64,000 bases of DNA from a virus (Duplodnaviria; Caudoviricetes). The notes under the pieces were generated by a model. That model did not search any database. It saw only the letters and a program-made list of their open reading frames with translations, and was not told the DNA's origin. Positions within the stretch are counted from its first letter, which is position 1; each line of letters opens with the position of its first letter. Shown piece by piece: positions 31,158-43,783 of this stretch. The DNA lies in IMG/VR virus record IMGVR_UViG_3300012157_000001, positions 32,001 to 96,000 of that record; one strand, 5' to 3'. A program made the translations under genes and the position numbers.

Positions 31158-31910
31158 GCAAGCCGTCGTCACCAACTGTCCCCGCCGAGCAGCTCCCCCG
31201 CGCCGACGTCGCGTACCTGCTTCTGATCGCGAGGAGCGGTCCGTTCGTTGTGCTGCGCGTGCCGGCGGAGTGTGAGGTCACCGTGGGTCGCAGAGGCCGT
31301 GAGAGCCACGGCGGCCGGTATCTGCCGAAGTGGCCCGAGATCGTCAGCGGCGCCAAGGCGATCCTCGCGGAGCACGGGCTCCCTCCGGAGGACTTTCTGA
31401 TGCTCGATCGCATCGTAGAGCCGTGGGACTGGGCCACACCGTGGGGCGGCAAGCTCCTGATGGCCGACCTGCGGTTACGTGCGCTGAAGGCCGACGCGGC
31501 GTTCGACGGGCATCCAGAGGTGTATCGAAAGCACTACCTCTACGACTGGGTCGGCAAGGCGTTCACGCGCGTGCGGGGCCCGCTGGAAGAGCAGCAACCG
31601 GAAGCCGTCGAACCGAAAGGAACGACATGAGCCCGGAATGCTGGAAACGCCGCCTAGCAAAACTTGGGCTCGCGCTCACCGTCTACGATAGAAGCCACAT
31701 GCTTGGAGACGTGACGCAGGAATGGACCGTGTTCGTCGAACCGATAGATCGTTCTCGTAGCGACCCTCGGTTCCGACCCCTGATTGGGATTGCGATCCAT
31801 CAAAGTCGTGATGAAGCGATCCGGATCGCGGTCTCGGACTTCGAGTTCGCCGAGGCCGATCAGCTGCGCGAAAAGGTCGCGTTGGCGCTGGCCGGAGAGC
31901 AGAGGGCGTA

Positions 31911-32315
31911 GTGAACACGGGAATCGTCGCGGAAGAGCTGCGTGCTACCGCGGCGCTGCAGGGCGATGCTGCCATGGCGCTTGGACAAAGCATTCGAGAG
32001 GCAGCCCGGTCCTACGGTTCAATCGAGCAAGCCCACCAGAGACTGGTAGCGCTCATTGCGGAAGAGAGCGGCAGCGAGCTGCGCGAGTTGGTCGAGTACC
32101 TGGGATTCGTCCGCGAAATGCTCGCCGAGCTTTCAGTGGCACTCGTTGAGTTGCACCCCGATAAGGCGCAGTTTCTTCAGATAATCGAGCCACTGGCTTC
32201 GGTGGCTCGCGACGGCATGCGGAACAGGCACCTGGCGGACTGGGAGACTCAGACGTTTCGCACGATCGTCGTCAAGGCTCTCGCGGGCGAGACGCCGGAA
32301 CCGAAGGAAGGATGA
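31911..32315 (+). CDS. Helical protein, paralog of 30741-31157
   Basis: Same shared motif as 30741-31157. Confidence 0.7.
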   Translation: MNTGIVAEELRATAALQGDAAMALGQSIREAARSYGSIEQAHQRLVALIAEESGSELRELVEYLGFVREMLAELSVALVELHPDKAQFLQIIEPLASVARDGMRNRHLADWETQTFRTIVVKALAGETPEPKEG

Positions 32316-32553
32316 GCGATGGAACGAAGGCAGTGCCCATGGTGTACGGACGGAGAGATCCTGCGAGACGACGAGCGCAAGGCAACCGGTCACTCCGATC
32401 CGGTCTGCAACGGCTTCATGGACATGCTCAGGGAGTCGAGCGGTTTCGCTCGGATGACAATCGACCTCGTCGACGACGACAACAACGTCGTGGAGAGCTT
32501 CCCTACCACTACCGGTCCGCGCGTGGTCGTACCGGAGAAAGACGGGTAGCCCG

Positions 32554-32781
32554 ATGCGCGTCAAATTCGACGCTGGTGGCGAGATGACGGCGCGCGACGT
32601 GTTCGCGATCTCGCTCCTGCTGAAGGAGCGCAAGCTGGAGGACGGACAGGAGGCTACCCGGCTTGACCTCGCTCGGCTGCTGGAGTGCACGCATGAGGGG
32701 GGCGATCAAATGAAGTTCCATGCTGGCGCGGAGATGACGGTACGCGACGTACTGGCTATCCAGCGGCTGCTGGAGGAATAG
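32554..32781 (+). CDS. Small protein with an internal duplication
   Basis: KFDAGGEMTARDVFAI..LL.E versus KFHAGAEMTVRDVLAI..LLEE. Confidence 0.6.
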   Translation: MRVKFDAGGEMTARDVFAISLLLKERKLEDGQEATRLDLARLLECTHEGGDQMKFHAGAEMTVRDVLAIQRLLEE

Positions 32782-33985
32782 GAAAGGAACGAAAGTTTTG
32801 CGCAACGAGATTCATGTGGATGTGGACGACTGGTCGGTGTTCCGATTGGCACAGCTTCGAGAGCAACGTGAGCCAGCTGGGCTGCGCATCGTCATCGACG
32901 AAGACAGGCGCGTCACTGATCTCTACATCGTGCGCGCTGACGGTACGATCGAGCGCCAGCCAGAAAGGTAAACGGCGGATGGACCCTCGCAAGTTCGCCC
33001 GTCCACGTACTCCGCACATGCGATCGTGGCGACTGCATGTTGCTCTCATGGCGGACCGCATCGAGCGTCGAATCGGTGAACGGCTCACGGACGACGAAGT
33101 AGATCGGCTCTCGCTCGCTGGTGACCCGCTCGTGCTCCGGGAAACGTGGTTTCATTGCGGCGGATATCTCGTGGTCGAAGACGGTCGCCTTCGTCTCTCG
33201 CGGGAGCTGCGTCGCCGAGAGCCGGCACACCACAGCGTACTTCGCCGGGACGCAAATGAGCCATTTCCCCGCCCCGCGCGGCGCCGCCGTTGACAGCACT
33301 GCTGTCGCCTGATAGGAGGAACAGATATATGGTCACGCCAACATCGCAGATGAACCTCGACTGGGAGAACGCTCGGGAGGGCGCCAAGGCTCGGGACCGG
33401 GCGATAGACCAGGTGGAGCGCGGCACCGGCGAGTGGCAGGTCGAGGCGCTCAATGCAATCCGAAGCGTTGCGGCGTCCAAGCCGGAGCTGACCACCGACG
33501 ACGTGTGGCGCGCGCTCGGACGCGACCCCGAAGTCGAAGGGCGAGCCATGGGCGCGGCGATGCGGCACGCGGCGAAGCTCGGGCTGATCGAGCGCACGGA
33601 CCGGACGGCGCGGAGCCTGCGCGTGGCGTGTCACCGACGCGACCTGCGCGTCTGGAGGTCGAAAATCCACCGCTGAAGAGGGAGGCTGGTATGAGCGCCG
33701 AAAGGGACATGAAGTACATGGACGTGATCGATCTGCTCGCACAGACGGCGCTCGGTCGCCTGAACGCGGCCGCGAAGAAAGTTCGATCAAGGGCCGGCGA
33801 GGGTCTCCACGACGAAATGGTCAAGCTGCTGACCGAGGCCCACGCGGCCGGAAAGCGTGAGGCGCTCGAAACGGTCGATGCGGTGCGGGTGGGAGTCGTG
33901 CCGAATTTCACCGAGGAACAGATAGCGGCTCACGAGGGAATCCTGGCGATGGCTCGCCGAATCCTGCTCGGAAAGGACGAGGCTG

Positions 33986-34267
33986 GTGCGCCTGCGTGAC
34001 GCCATTCCAGTTCGCCACGAGCGTTCGGATGCCTTCGTGAAAGGGGCGCGTGGCTGCAGCATCGAGCAGGTGCGGAGCCCGGTGTACGCCGTGAGCCCAG
34101 CGGCGACGGAGCTTCGCGAGCGGCGCGTGCGGGCCAGCGTATCGCTGCGCGACGCCGCGTCACGCGCTGGCATCAGAGCGGTCGAGTGGTCCGGCGTCGA
34201 GCGTGGGCGACTGGTGCCAGAGTCTACGGCGGACTGGGACGTGCTGAGAAAGGCGATTGCAACATGA
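33986..34267 (+). CDS. XRE-family HTH protein
   Basis: LRERRVRASVSLRDAASRAGI..VEWSGVERG. Confidence 0.7.
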   Translation: MRLRDAIPVRHERSDAFVKGARGCSIEQVRSPVYAVSPAATELRERRVRASVSLRDAASRAGIRAVEWSGVERGRLVPESTADWDVLRKAIAT

Positions 34268-37091
34268 GTGGAGACGAATGCAACCACTGCTGGGACGCGA
34301 ACGGAGACGGGATCCGATGCTGCGTCTTCTGCGGGGTGACAGACGAAAGGGACCGAACGGAGAAGGTAGTGAACGCGCAGGTCGAGGAGTTTGAGCGCAG
34401 TACCGGCGACGGCGCGTACGAATGGTCGATTCCTACGCATCCGGATCCCGACGGCACCCCGTTCAGAGTCTTCGTGTCGATCGACCCGGAGATTGCCAGG
34501 CTCATCTGCGTGGAGGAGGCGAAGGTCACGAGCGTGAACCCGGGAGCCCGTAGGCTCGAAGTGGAGCCGGCCGAGCGACGCAGGATCAACATCACGATCG
34601 GCGAAGCGCGGTGGCTGCTGACCTCGCTGCCGAAGGCTATCGCGAAGATCGAGGCCGAGTGGGCCAGAGACGAGGAGTCGACTTGACCGAACCAGCCGCA
34701 CGCGAATGGCAAATGATTTTCCTGGTCGCGCAGCACGACGGGCCCGGATGGCAGCCCCCGTACATCCTCGAACGCGAGGCCTGGCACCTGCCAGAGCATA
34801 AGTGTTGGAACGTCAACGTTCGCGAGCCAGCGTGCCGAACGCGCTCGATTCAATCCGTTCCGGAGGAGAAAGTCTACCTAACGCGCGAAGCGGCGGAGCC
34901 GCGGCTGCAGGAAGTGCTTCGCGAGAAGGGCGGATGATGACGAGCACACCGGCACGTTTCGCAACCTACACCGAGGACGGCGGCGAATGGGTCGTCAGGG
35001 TCCTCGCGGATGAAGTGCGCGAGCGCGCCGGGGGTAAGTTTCGGACCGTTCACCTCCTATGCGTTCGGGAGATCCGGAGGAGTCCGCGCTGCGGTTCGAT
35101 TCCGGAGGGCAACGAGTGGCAGTCGGACGAGCGCATCGGTTACGAGGGCGCCGCCGGTTGGACGCTGAGGTACCAGCCAGCTGACAAGGCCGATGTCATC
35201 CACGTGTGCCTCTGGTCGAGCCAGCCGGACATTCTGATCGCCTGCGACCACTCGTGGACGACGCCGAAGTGGGGCGACGCCAAGACGGGCACCGACGACG
35301 TCTTCTGGACTGACGACGGTCGCCGGTACACGTTCGATGAGAATCTGACGAACTGCGCGAAGTGTCTGGAGACGCTGGCCGATCCGGAGAAGCGGATGAA
35401 AGCAGGGACGCCGTGAAGAACCCGGAGGCCATGAAAGCCTGGGACCTCCTGCGCGGCGGAACCGTCGTTGATACGGTGTTCTTCGTCGAGAGCATGGATC
35501 GGGCGCAAGTCGGGCTTGCGCTCGAACACGACGGTTACGTCCGTGGCGCTTTCAGCGCTCACCCAGCTGAGGAGCGACGTGGGCGGATGCCTCACGACAG
35601 GGCCGTAAGGTGGTCAAGATGAAGCGCGAGACCGAACCGACGCAAGCCACTGTGCGCGAAGTCTACGGAGAGCTCGTGCTCGATGATCCGGCGGCGCTCA
35701 GTGTCGCGCGCGCAGTCGGAAAGCACAATTGTCGAGCCACGGCCGAGTTGAACGCCGACCGGATCGTGCACTTCACCCGGCGCATCGCCGAACGTGGCCT
35801 ATCCGCAAAGGACGCTCTGATCGTGATCATCAACATGGACGACCAGTTCGGCTCCGACGTGGGCGATGCGCTCATGCCGGGGCACGACTGGCAGGCGCAT
35901 CGAGACCGTGGGGAAGTGCCCTTTGCTCGCGGGCTCGCCGGCAGAGAGGGAATTCAGGGAGTCCTCGACGGGGTCGACCCGGAAGCAGCGACCAAGCTGC
36001 GAGGGCTGGCAACGGCAGTCGTGGTGTTCGACCACGGCACGGTCGAGGTATTTGACGCCGCGTCGATTGCTGGAGGAGCTCAGTGACCCCTGCTCAGTCC
36101 AAGATAGACCGCGAGCTATGGGTCCGGTTCATGGAGAAGCTCATCGAGCAAACCGAGAGCGGCATATTGTCGTGGGAGATGCGCTACACGGGCGAGTACG
36201 CCCGATACGCAGTGTGCGTCATTCTCGACCGGCAGGTGTGGTTCCGTGCGCTGGATTCGCAGGTGGAGGTTGTTGAACCGAACGGTATGCGCTGGACGGT
36301 CCTTGACACCCTAGACACTGAAACCACCAAGCTGTGGCGCATCAAACGACTGCAGCGGGCAATCAGCGCAAGCGTGTCGCCGGAGCACGCCGATCGCGTG
36401 CAGCAGTTTGCGCGCGAGTTTCTAGGCGAGGTGCCCCCGTGAGCCGCTGCCCTTCATGCGGCCAGGTCATTGAGACCGAACGCGACAAGGCGAACAGGGA
36501 CGTCTTCGTCTGGACGTCAGTGTCCGTGTTGTTCATCGGCTCCGCGCTCGCGGCTGCGACCTGGACGTTTGCGTGGTGGATCGACCGCAAGGACATGCTC
36601 TGCATCCAATTGATCCTCGTCGCCGTTACGGCCTGGCACTGGGTGCGATTCATTCGGGTCCGGAGGCGGACGGACCGCGGAACTGCGCCATGAAGGTGAT
36701 GCTGCGCTCGCCCCCGTGGCTTCAATCGGTAAGGGCAACGCTGCTCCGCGGCGTGTGCGCTTTAGTTGGGCATCGCCCTGTAGCCTTGGAGAGCGAGCGG
36801 CACGAGCTCGACCAGACACCGCGATGGCGCTTCCGATGCGGCGACTGTGGAAGGAGGTACTGGTGGCCATGAACGACGCGAAGCGACCCGCAAGTGCACC
36901 GGAGCGGATGTGGATCGTGTTGAGCTCGAATGCCGAGCGGCACATCATCGAAAAGGAACCGATCGAAGGGATCCAGCAGTGGGCCGCCGGACAGAAGGGC
37001 ATCACCGTCATCGAGTACGACTTCAAGGCAGTCGTCTACCATGCGCCGGCCGCAGCGCCGAAAAAGTGAGACCGCGGCAGCCGCGCGTGTC

Positions 37092-37457
37092 ATGTCCGAG
37101 CAGCGCCGGGCATTCCTTGCGCTCCAAGGCAAGACGTTTCCACGCATCGGGGACAGAGGTCGCTACATCCACAACGAGATCGACCTCGGAGCGACGCGCC
37201 CGAGCGATGAGCGGACGGAGGCCGCGGTCGTTGTGCTCGCCGTTTCCGTGAGCGGTCTCACGGTGACCGTGCGCTTTGCGGAGCGATGGTCTCGCGTTCG
37301 TTTCTGCCGAAGGCCGTTCTGCATCCATCGCCGCGGCAACGGAGCCGACGGCAGCGGCTGGTACCTGCCGTGCACCAGCAAACCAACCACTCGGCGCCTC
37401 ACGGGAGAGGTTCTATTCACTCCAGGTGACCCCGTCTTGCCGTGGAGTCTCGCGTGA
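37092..37457 (+). CDS. Paralog family A, copy 1
   Basis: MSEQRRAFLALQGKTFPRIGDRG...VLAVSVSG. Confidence 0.7.
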   Translation: MSEQRRAFLALQGKTFPRIGDRGRYIHNEIDLGATRPSDERTEAAVVVLAVSVSGLTVTVRFAERWSRVRFCRRPFCIHRRGNGADGSGWYLPCTSKPTTRRLTGEVLFTPGDPVLPWSLA

Positions 37458-37870
37458 GCTCGCGGCGCTCGATGTCCGAACGGCAGCGTGTTCTCTTTGC
37501 GCTCCAGGGCAAGCGCTTCCCGCGAGAAGGGGAAATCGGGCTCTACACGGGGCGCGAGCGAATCGAACGTATCAGTCAACTCGGGGTCTGCTTCCCGGAC
37601 TCCGCGCGCGTGTACGCCCGGGTCGAGGTCGTCCGCTTGTCGCCGACTGGGCAGACGCTCTGGACTAGGTTCTTGACCGATGTTGCGCGGGCGCGATGGG
37701 GCACCGATGTACACCGGTGGTGGCGCTACCCGAACGAGCACTATCGGGTCGTAGTAGAAGGCAATGAGGTTCTGTACGCGGCTGGCTTCGATGCCAAGCG
37801 GGCGCCGCAGGGAGAAGTCAGCTTTCCGCGTGTTGGCTCGTGGCTCGTCGTGCCGAAGGACGCACTCTGA
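37454..37870 (+). CDS. Paralog family A, copy 2
   Basis: MSERQRVLFALQGKRFPREGEIG...VEVVRLSPTGQTLWTRF. Confidence 0.7.
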   Translation: MSSRRSMSERQRVLFALQGKRFPREGEIGLYTGRERIERISQLGVCFPDSARVYARVEVVRLSPTGQTLWTRFLTDVARARWGTDVHRWWRYPNEHYRVVVEGNEVLYAAGFDAKRAPQGEVSFPRVGSWLVVPKDAL

Positions 37871-38181
37871 TGGCCCGCGGCATGTCCGAGCGCCGTCGCG
37901 CCTTTCTGGCGTTGCAGGGCGAGAGGTTCCCTCGCATCGGGCAGCGTGGTTGGTGGTCGGGTCCGCGAAGTGAGATCACTCGTCGTTCGCCGCGGGCCGC
38001 CGTGGAGGTCGTTTGCCTTTCGGCGAGCGGCAAGACGATCTGGACCAGGTTCGTATCGGCCCACTCGCGAGAGCGATTCGGTAAGGAGTCGCATCGGTGG
38101 TGGCTCAGCGGTCATGGCCCGCACAACATCGCCTACTGTTCCTTCGGCAACGACCTGTACGGCACGGTCTGGTTCAAGTGA
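37870..38181 (+). CDS. Paralog family A, copy 3
   Basis: MSERRRAFLALQGERFPRIGQRG...VEVVCLSASGKTIWTRF. Confidence 0.7.
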   Translation: MARGMSERRRAFLALQGERFPRIGQRGWWSGPRSEITRRSPRAAVEVVCLSASGKTIWTRFVSAHSRERFGKESHRWWLSGHGPHNIAYCSFGNDLYGTVWFK

Positions 38182-38513
38182 GCAAGCCCCGCACGATGTC
38201 CGAGAAGACGCGCGCGTTCTTCGCGCTGCGCGGCGACGTGTACCCGCGCGAAGGCGACCGCGGCATCTTCTCTGAGGGATTCGCCGGTATCATCGACGCC
38301 GAGTTCAGCGACGACAAGCAACGCACCGTCGAGGTACGGCGCGTCTCCGCGACCGGACATCGAATCTGGACTCGATTTGTGCATCCAGACGGACAGCGCC
38401 GATTCGGGGAAGGGATGCTCGAACACCGGTGGCTGCGCTCCGAGAACTACGTCTACTACAGCACCGGCTCGAACGCGCCGATCGGCGAGGTTCGTTTCCG
38501 AGCGATGCGCTGA
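38178..38513 (+). CDS. Paralog family A, copy 4
   Basis: MSEKTRAFFALRGDVYPREGDRG...VEVRRVSATGHRIWTRF. Confidence 0.7.
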   Translation: MSKPRTMSEKTRAFFALRGDVYPREGDRGIFSEGFAGIIDAEFSDDKQRTVEVRRVSATGHRIWTRFVHPDGQRRFGEGMLEHRWLRSENYVYYSTGSNAPIGEVRFRAMR

Positions 38514-38895
38514 GAAAAGGGCAACCAAGAATGGCACGCAAATACATCGGAACGACCGCTACGGAGCAGCTCATCATTGGGTGCGCGGTGTCGTGGGCGA
38601 TGCTGGTACGCCGCGGAGCGCCGCGCGCGTTAATTCGATCGATCGAGGACATGTTGCTAGACGCCGTAGAGGCCTGGCAGAGGGAGGGTATGGCGGCTCT
38701 CGCGCGGCACCCGCACGTCAAGCCGGTGCCACGGAAGCGCAGGCGCAAGCGGTGACCGAGCGTACCGTGTTACGCTAAGGGTGACGGTCTGGTTCCGGAC
38801 AGGCTGCAAGGACGCCAGAGCTGGCACAGATGCCAGGGCGGCCAGAGGCGCCACCGCCGCTGGTTCTGCCGGTGACGCGAGTGGCAGCACCCGTC

Positions 38896-38911
38896 CGGCA
38901 CGGGGCGTGCT
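38896..38911 (+). promoter_or_regulatory. Sigma54 promoter
   Basis: CGGCACG-GGGC-GTGCT in an intergenic gap, 13 nt before ATG 38925. Confidence 0.5.
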
Positions 38912-39883
38912 ACTATCCGGTGGCATGGCAATCACGGATACCACTGTCGAGGCTCCTGCCTGGCATGCAGTCCTACGCGAAGAGGTGGCGAGAGCAACGG
39001 CGACGCTCCGGTTCCGGTGGATGGCGCTCCAGTGGTTCACGGGGGTACGCGCCACGGGCTTTATCCGGACGGACAGGTGGCCACTGTGAGCGCTTGCAGC
39101 CGAACTAGCTGCGCGGGCGCCCACGGCGAAGGCGGCACGGCGGCGGATCCGGATCACATCGTCCTTCACTCGCACGAGCGACGGGACGGACGCCTGAAGC
39201 GTCACCGGTGGGCCGCGAACAACGGCGACCGCTGCGCGGACTGCGGCCTGAACCGCGAAGGCGCGGGCCACGGCCCATACGGCGCGATGCGGTACTACTT
39301 CGACAGCGGCAAGGGCTACGACTACAAGGCGCCGCCGTGCGTGCAGGAGGGAAGCAGGTGACGCGCTACATCGACACCGAGAACGGCACGCCGGGCAACG
39401 CGCTGCATTGGACGATGCAGCCGCTGGACGCCGACGTCGTCGCAGTACTCCAGAGAATCGACGAGACAGGACGGCTCCGCGAGCGGGACCGGTTCAACAT
39501 CGCGTATCTCGTGGCCCGCGGTTGTCTCCACGTGGACGTCGACGCCGAGCCGATGACGTTCAAGATCACCCAGAAGGGCTACGATGCTCTCGCGTTCTAC
39601 GTGGAAACGGTGACATGACGAACCTCGATGAGCTGAACAGGGCCGTGACGGCCGCGATTCTGGAGGCCGAGGGGCTCGAACGACGCGGCGAGGATGCCCA
39701 GCAGGCCTACTTGAAGGTGGCGATGGTAGAGGCGGATATCTCTGCCGCGACGACGCCGGATACGCTGGAAGGTCAGCTCGCGCGGCTCGGCGCCATCAGG
39801 GCCGCGCTCAAGGCAGGCGAGGCCTCCGTGGCGCTCGCTCTCGTCGAGGCCCAGTACGCCGAGCGCGCCGGCAAGGAGCCGCT

Positions 39884-40321
39884 TTAGCGGTCCTTTTTCG
39901 GCAGCGGGATCCCTAGCCCAGGCTTGGTCTGCGGGCGCCGTGGTTCCTCGACCGGTTCGAACCGCGTCTCCTCCGTGACGGTGACGGCCCGCAGATCTTT
40001 GATGCTGATGGCCCGGGGCGTCTTGTCCGGGTCCGTCGACAGCGAGGCGCGAAGTCGCCTTTTGATGACGCGCAGGTCGTTTTCGAGCATGGGGAGCTTG
40101 TCGAATAGGGCCGCTATTTCCCTCAGTTCGGTTGCAAGTGAGATCCGCCGCGGTTTGTCATCCTCCTCGGCCCCAAAGGCTCCAAGCATCGATACGAGCC
40201 CCTCTAGCTCCTCGACCGTCTTGATCGTCGCCCCGATGAGCGCATCCACCTCCATGGCCTTTCTCGATGCGGACACAACCGAGTCTACCGCGCGGGGCAA
40301 GATGCCGCGCGTTTTGCGCAA
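39884..40321 (-). CDS. Hypothetical protein; the only free-standing minus-strand gene I could support
   Basis: Protein-like helical sequence. No credible + strand gene here; converges on the 39615-39887 gene. TTG start inferred. Confidence 0.6.
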   Translation of the reverse strand: MRKTRGILPRAVDSVVSASRKAMEVDALIGATIKTVEELEGLVSMLGAFGAEEDDKPRRISLATELREIAALFDKLPMLENDLRVIKRRLRASLSTDPDKTPRAISIKDLRAVTVTEETRFEPVEEPRRPQTKPGLGIPLPKKDR

Positions 40322-40866
40322 TGGTTCCGCGGGCCAACGCTGGTACCGGAATCGGCACCTCTCGCTTTCAAATCTTACCGCGGCTGCGACATGGTCAGCA
40401 TGGAAGACGACTTCGAAGACGAGCCGGCGCTCACGCCGGCCGAAGCGGAGCTGAAGGACAGGGCCATCCAGCGCACGCACGCGCTCGCTTACGCGCTCCT
40501 GGAGGCGCCGCCGGGCAGTTTCTGGAACCTCCGGCTCCACCGCCGGCCAGAGTGGCGCCCGGGCGTCCTGCACTGAAAGCGCCTTGGTCCGAAACCCGAA
40601 CGCGAGCGCGATGCCCGGCGTACGGGTTCCCGGCGTAATTGAGCGGGCTCGCAGCGGCGGATCGAGCATGATTACTGCGCCGCCTGGCCGATTTCGCACC
40701 GTCACCGAATGCGTGGACCTATTGGAGCCTGGCGACGAGATTCGGGCCGGTTCCGCGCGTCCTCCGACGGAGGCGCCAACGGCACGTGTGGCGCCGGCCA
40801 AGGCGCGCCATTCGGTATAGCACTGACTACGCAGGGGGGCGCAATAGTGTTACGGTCGAGCTCACT

Positions 40867-41280
40867 GTGCCACGCCGGAGCCGCGACTACGAGCAGGCTG
40901 CCCTCGACTTGGGGACCTTCCGCGTGGATTCCCAGGGGCGCGTGTGGCGCGTTCGGCACTACGGTAAGCCCTGCGCGCCGAGCCGGGCGGACGGCGTCCA
41001 GGGCGACGGCTACCGGTCCGTCTACCTGCGCCTCGACGCTCGTCGCGTCCGCGTGCTTGCCCACCGGCTCGTATACGTGGCCCTCATCGGGGCGATCCCC
41101 GACGGCTGGGTCGTCCGGCACCGCAACCGCAACCGGGCCGAGAATCACCCATCGAACCTTTTGCTCGTGCCCCCGTCGTTCAGTCTCCGGCCCGGCGCTG
41201 CTGCCACTGGCGCCGCCGCCGCCACTGGTGTATCTGGTCGGAGTGGCGGCTCTGACATCTCGGTCGCCACGGACGAATAG
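40867..41280 (+). CDS. HNH endonuclease (HNH_3 / NUMOD4-associated type)
   Basis: GY..V.L...AHRLVY...G.IP.G..V.H.N.NR..N...NL. Start uncertain. Confidence 0.8.
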   Translation: MPRRSRDYEQAALDLGTFRVDSQGRVWRVRHYGKPCAPSRADGVQGDGYRSVYLRLDARRVRVLAHRLVYVALIGAIPDGWVVRHRNRNRAENHPSNLLLVPPSFSLRPGAAATGAAAATGVSGRSGGSDISVATDE

Positions 41281-43783
41281 AAGCGAACCACGGCACGTCC
41301 GACAGGCACAGAAAAGAGGACCCGATGGACGAGGGACTTGAGTTGATCAACCGCTTGGAAGCGCTTGGGCTCCGCGACTGCGAGGTCGACGGCCTCGAAC
41401 GAGTGTCGGTTCCGTTCGAAAGCTTGGACAAGCTGCTCCGTCGCGTGGAGCGCTCGCTGATTGTCGATGACGGCAAAGAGCCCTCGCTTCCGGTTCGCAC
41501 TGACCAGTGGGAAACGCTTGTATGTGTGGGAGAACCGCGGACAGCGGATTCGGACCGACCCTGGTGGCTCCTGCAGGTGGTACCGACAGAGGTCAAGTCA
41601 TGGCCTGGAGAACCACTGAAACCCCAAGCCGTATGCCTGTGGGTTCGTCGGAGGTCGTCCTGACGCAGTCAGTCCGTCCTGGGCAGTCGCTGGCCGATCT
41701 GCGGCTCACGATTCCGCAATCGGCGCTTCTTGCGGTGCTACCGGACTCGCCGAGCGATGGACGTTGCTGCAAAGGCCCAGCGGGCCGCGTCGCGATGGCG
41801 CTCGTGGACAAGGGCTACGCGAAGTGTGTTGGGCGAACGATGAGCGACCAAGGCTACTTCGCGCGCACTGTGGCCGGCGAGGCCGCAAGCGCGGAGTACA
41901 AAGCGTGGGTGAGCGGCGTCAGAACCGGATCTGGAGCTCGACATTGATCCAATGGTGGCGCCACGTCTGGAATGCCGTACGCCACGGCTGGCGTACCGGC
42001 CTGAATACGTATCGTCATAGCCGGGCCAGTTCTCGGTGGTCACGATGAAGCAGAACAAGAAACCACTGCCGCCGCTGACGCACGCCCTCTCGCTGGTGTT
42101 TTCTACGCCGAACCCGCGCCGTGACCAGCGCGCTACAGAGGCATACGTCGATGTGAACGGTTGCGCCGGTTTGCTCGACGACAGAGGAGCGACGACAATG
42201 AGCCGCGAGAATTCGGCGCTCTGGGCGCGCTTGATTCTAGAACAGCAGGGCTGGGAGTTTGGTGCGGACTGGGCGCGGAGGTGCTCCAAGTGAGCCGCGA
42301 AGAGCTTCGACGTCGCTACGAAAGTAAGCGCCCCAGGCGACCCATTGGTCATGGCGCCACGGGCGCAGAACTCGATAGGCAGCGCGATGAGTACCTGCGT
42401 TTGCGTCGTCCTCTAGCTCAGCGGATTAGGGCTCGCAGATGAAGCAGTCTGGCCGATTGGTTACCGAGGCCCAACGGCGCGTATTCGCGAATCTGCGGCG
42501 CGGGCGCGAGGCGTACTACGGCTTCGACGGCATGTCCGCTAGAGGAGGCCTCACTCGCACGATCGCCTCGATGCAGAGGAAGGGCTGGATCTCGTCGCAG
42601 ATTCAGCTCACGATCGACGGCAATGCGCTGTGTGACCAGCTCGGCATCGAGAGGCGGTCGTGAAGCAGTCGCGAACTAGGGTCCGGAAAGATCCGGTCTC
42701 GGGAATCCCGAGCCCTCCACCTATCCCGCACGCCCCCGACTGCAAGTGCGATCCGTTGCTCCACCGGTACAAATGCAAGCACTGCAAGCGCGTGGTCGGC
42801 TGGTGCATGGGTGCGCACGACGCGGTGGAGCGCCGGAGTGGTCCGATTTGCGACGACTGCGTCTGTCTGCTCATTCATCACGATGAATCCTTGTTGGACC
42901 TGGCGGAAACTCTGGAACAAATGGAACAGGATGATCCGACCATACGCGCCGCGGCGGCCCACTACTACGCCGCCGTGAAGAGGATTTTGGGTGAAGGAGG
43001 ACGAGGAGTGCGAACGTGACCAAGGCAGAGCGGATTCGCGCGGCAAGGGGCTTCGTCTTCGGCGCACTCGACGGAGCCATCAACCACTCGTGGAGCGACT
43101 ACGACCCGATCATGATGGGTTGGAGTAAGCAAGAACACCACGCGGTCATGACCGAGGTCGGGAGGATTCGCGACAAGTACCGCCGCTCCGCGGTGGGCGC
43201 GAGACTGGCTCAACGGTCACGGGGCCGAACGTGAAGCAGGGCACTCAGCGAATTCGCAAGGGCGTCCCGCCGGTCAGTTCCGCGGCGCTGGCAGAGCGTG
43301 CGGCGTTCACTCGGGGCTACGCTTGCGCGCTCGCAGACTGGGTGCGCCTCTTCAACGAACCGTCGACAGCCGCAGACGTTTTGCATCACAGCGGCCTGAA
43401 GCTGCTCCACCTCGAAGAGGCGGGCGTCGAGCCTTACGATCTCGACGTGCTACGGCCAGAGGTGGTTCGCCGGAGCAGGAGAAGAAAGTGAAGCCGTTGG
43501 ACCTGATTCGTCAGGCGTACTCTTTCTTCCTGTTCTGGAAGTGGGATCGTGAGTACTACGCCGCGGCGCGCCGGATGAGAGGATGTGTACACATTCGAAC
43601 GATGTTCGTGGACGTCGGAACGCCGCCGTACGATTGCGTCGAGAAGTGCCGTGACTGTTGGGCGCTCCGGCTACCAAAACTCGGAGGCGAATGGCCTACC
43701 AAGGAGCTGGAATGGACGCCGAACGCAGCTAACCCGCGCCGAGCGCGTCAGGTGAGCGCGCCCGAGAAAGCTGCGGTGCAGCC

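Noticed and set aside
37092-38513. Diversity-generating retroelement as the source of paralog variation
   Set aside because: No reverse transcriptase in the window and no near-identical TR/VR pair with adenine-specific differences.
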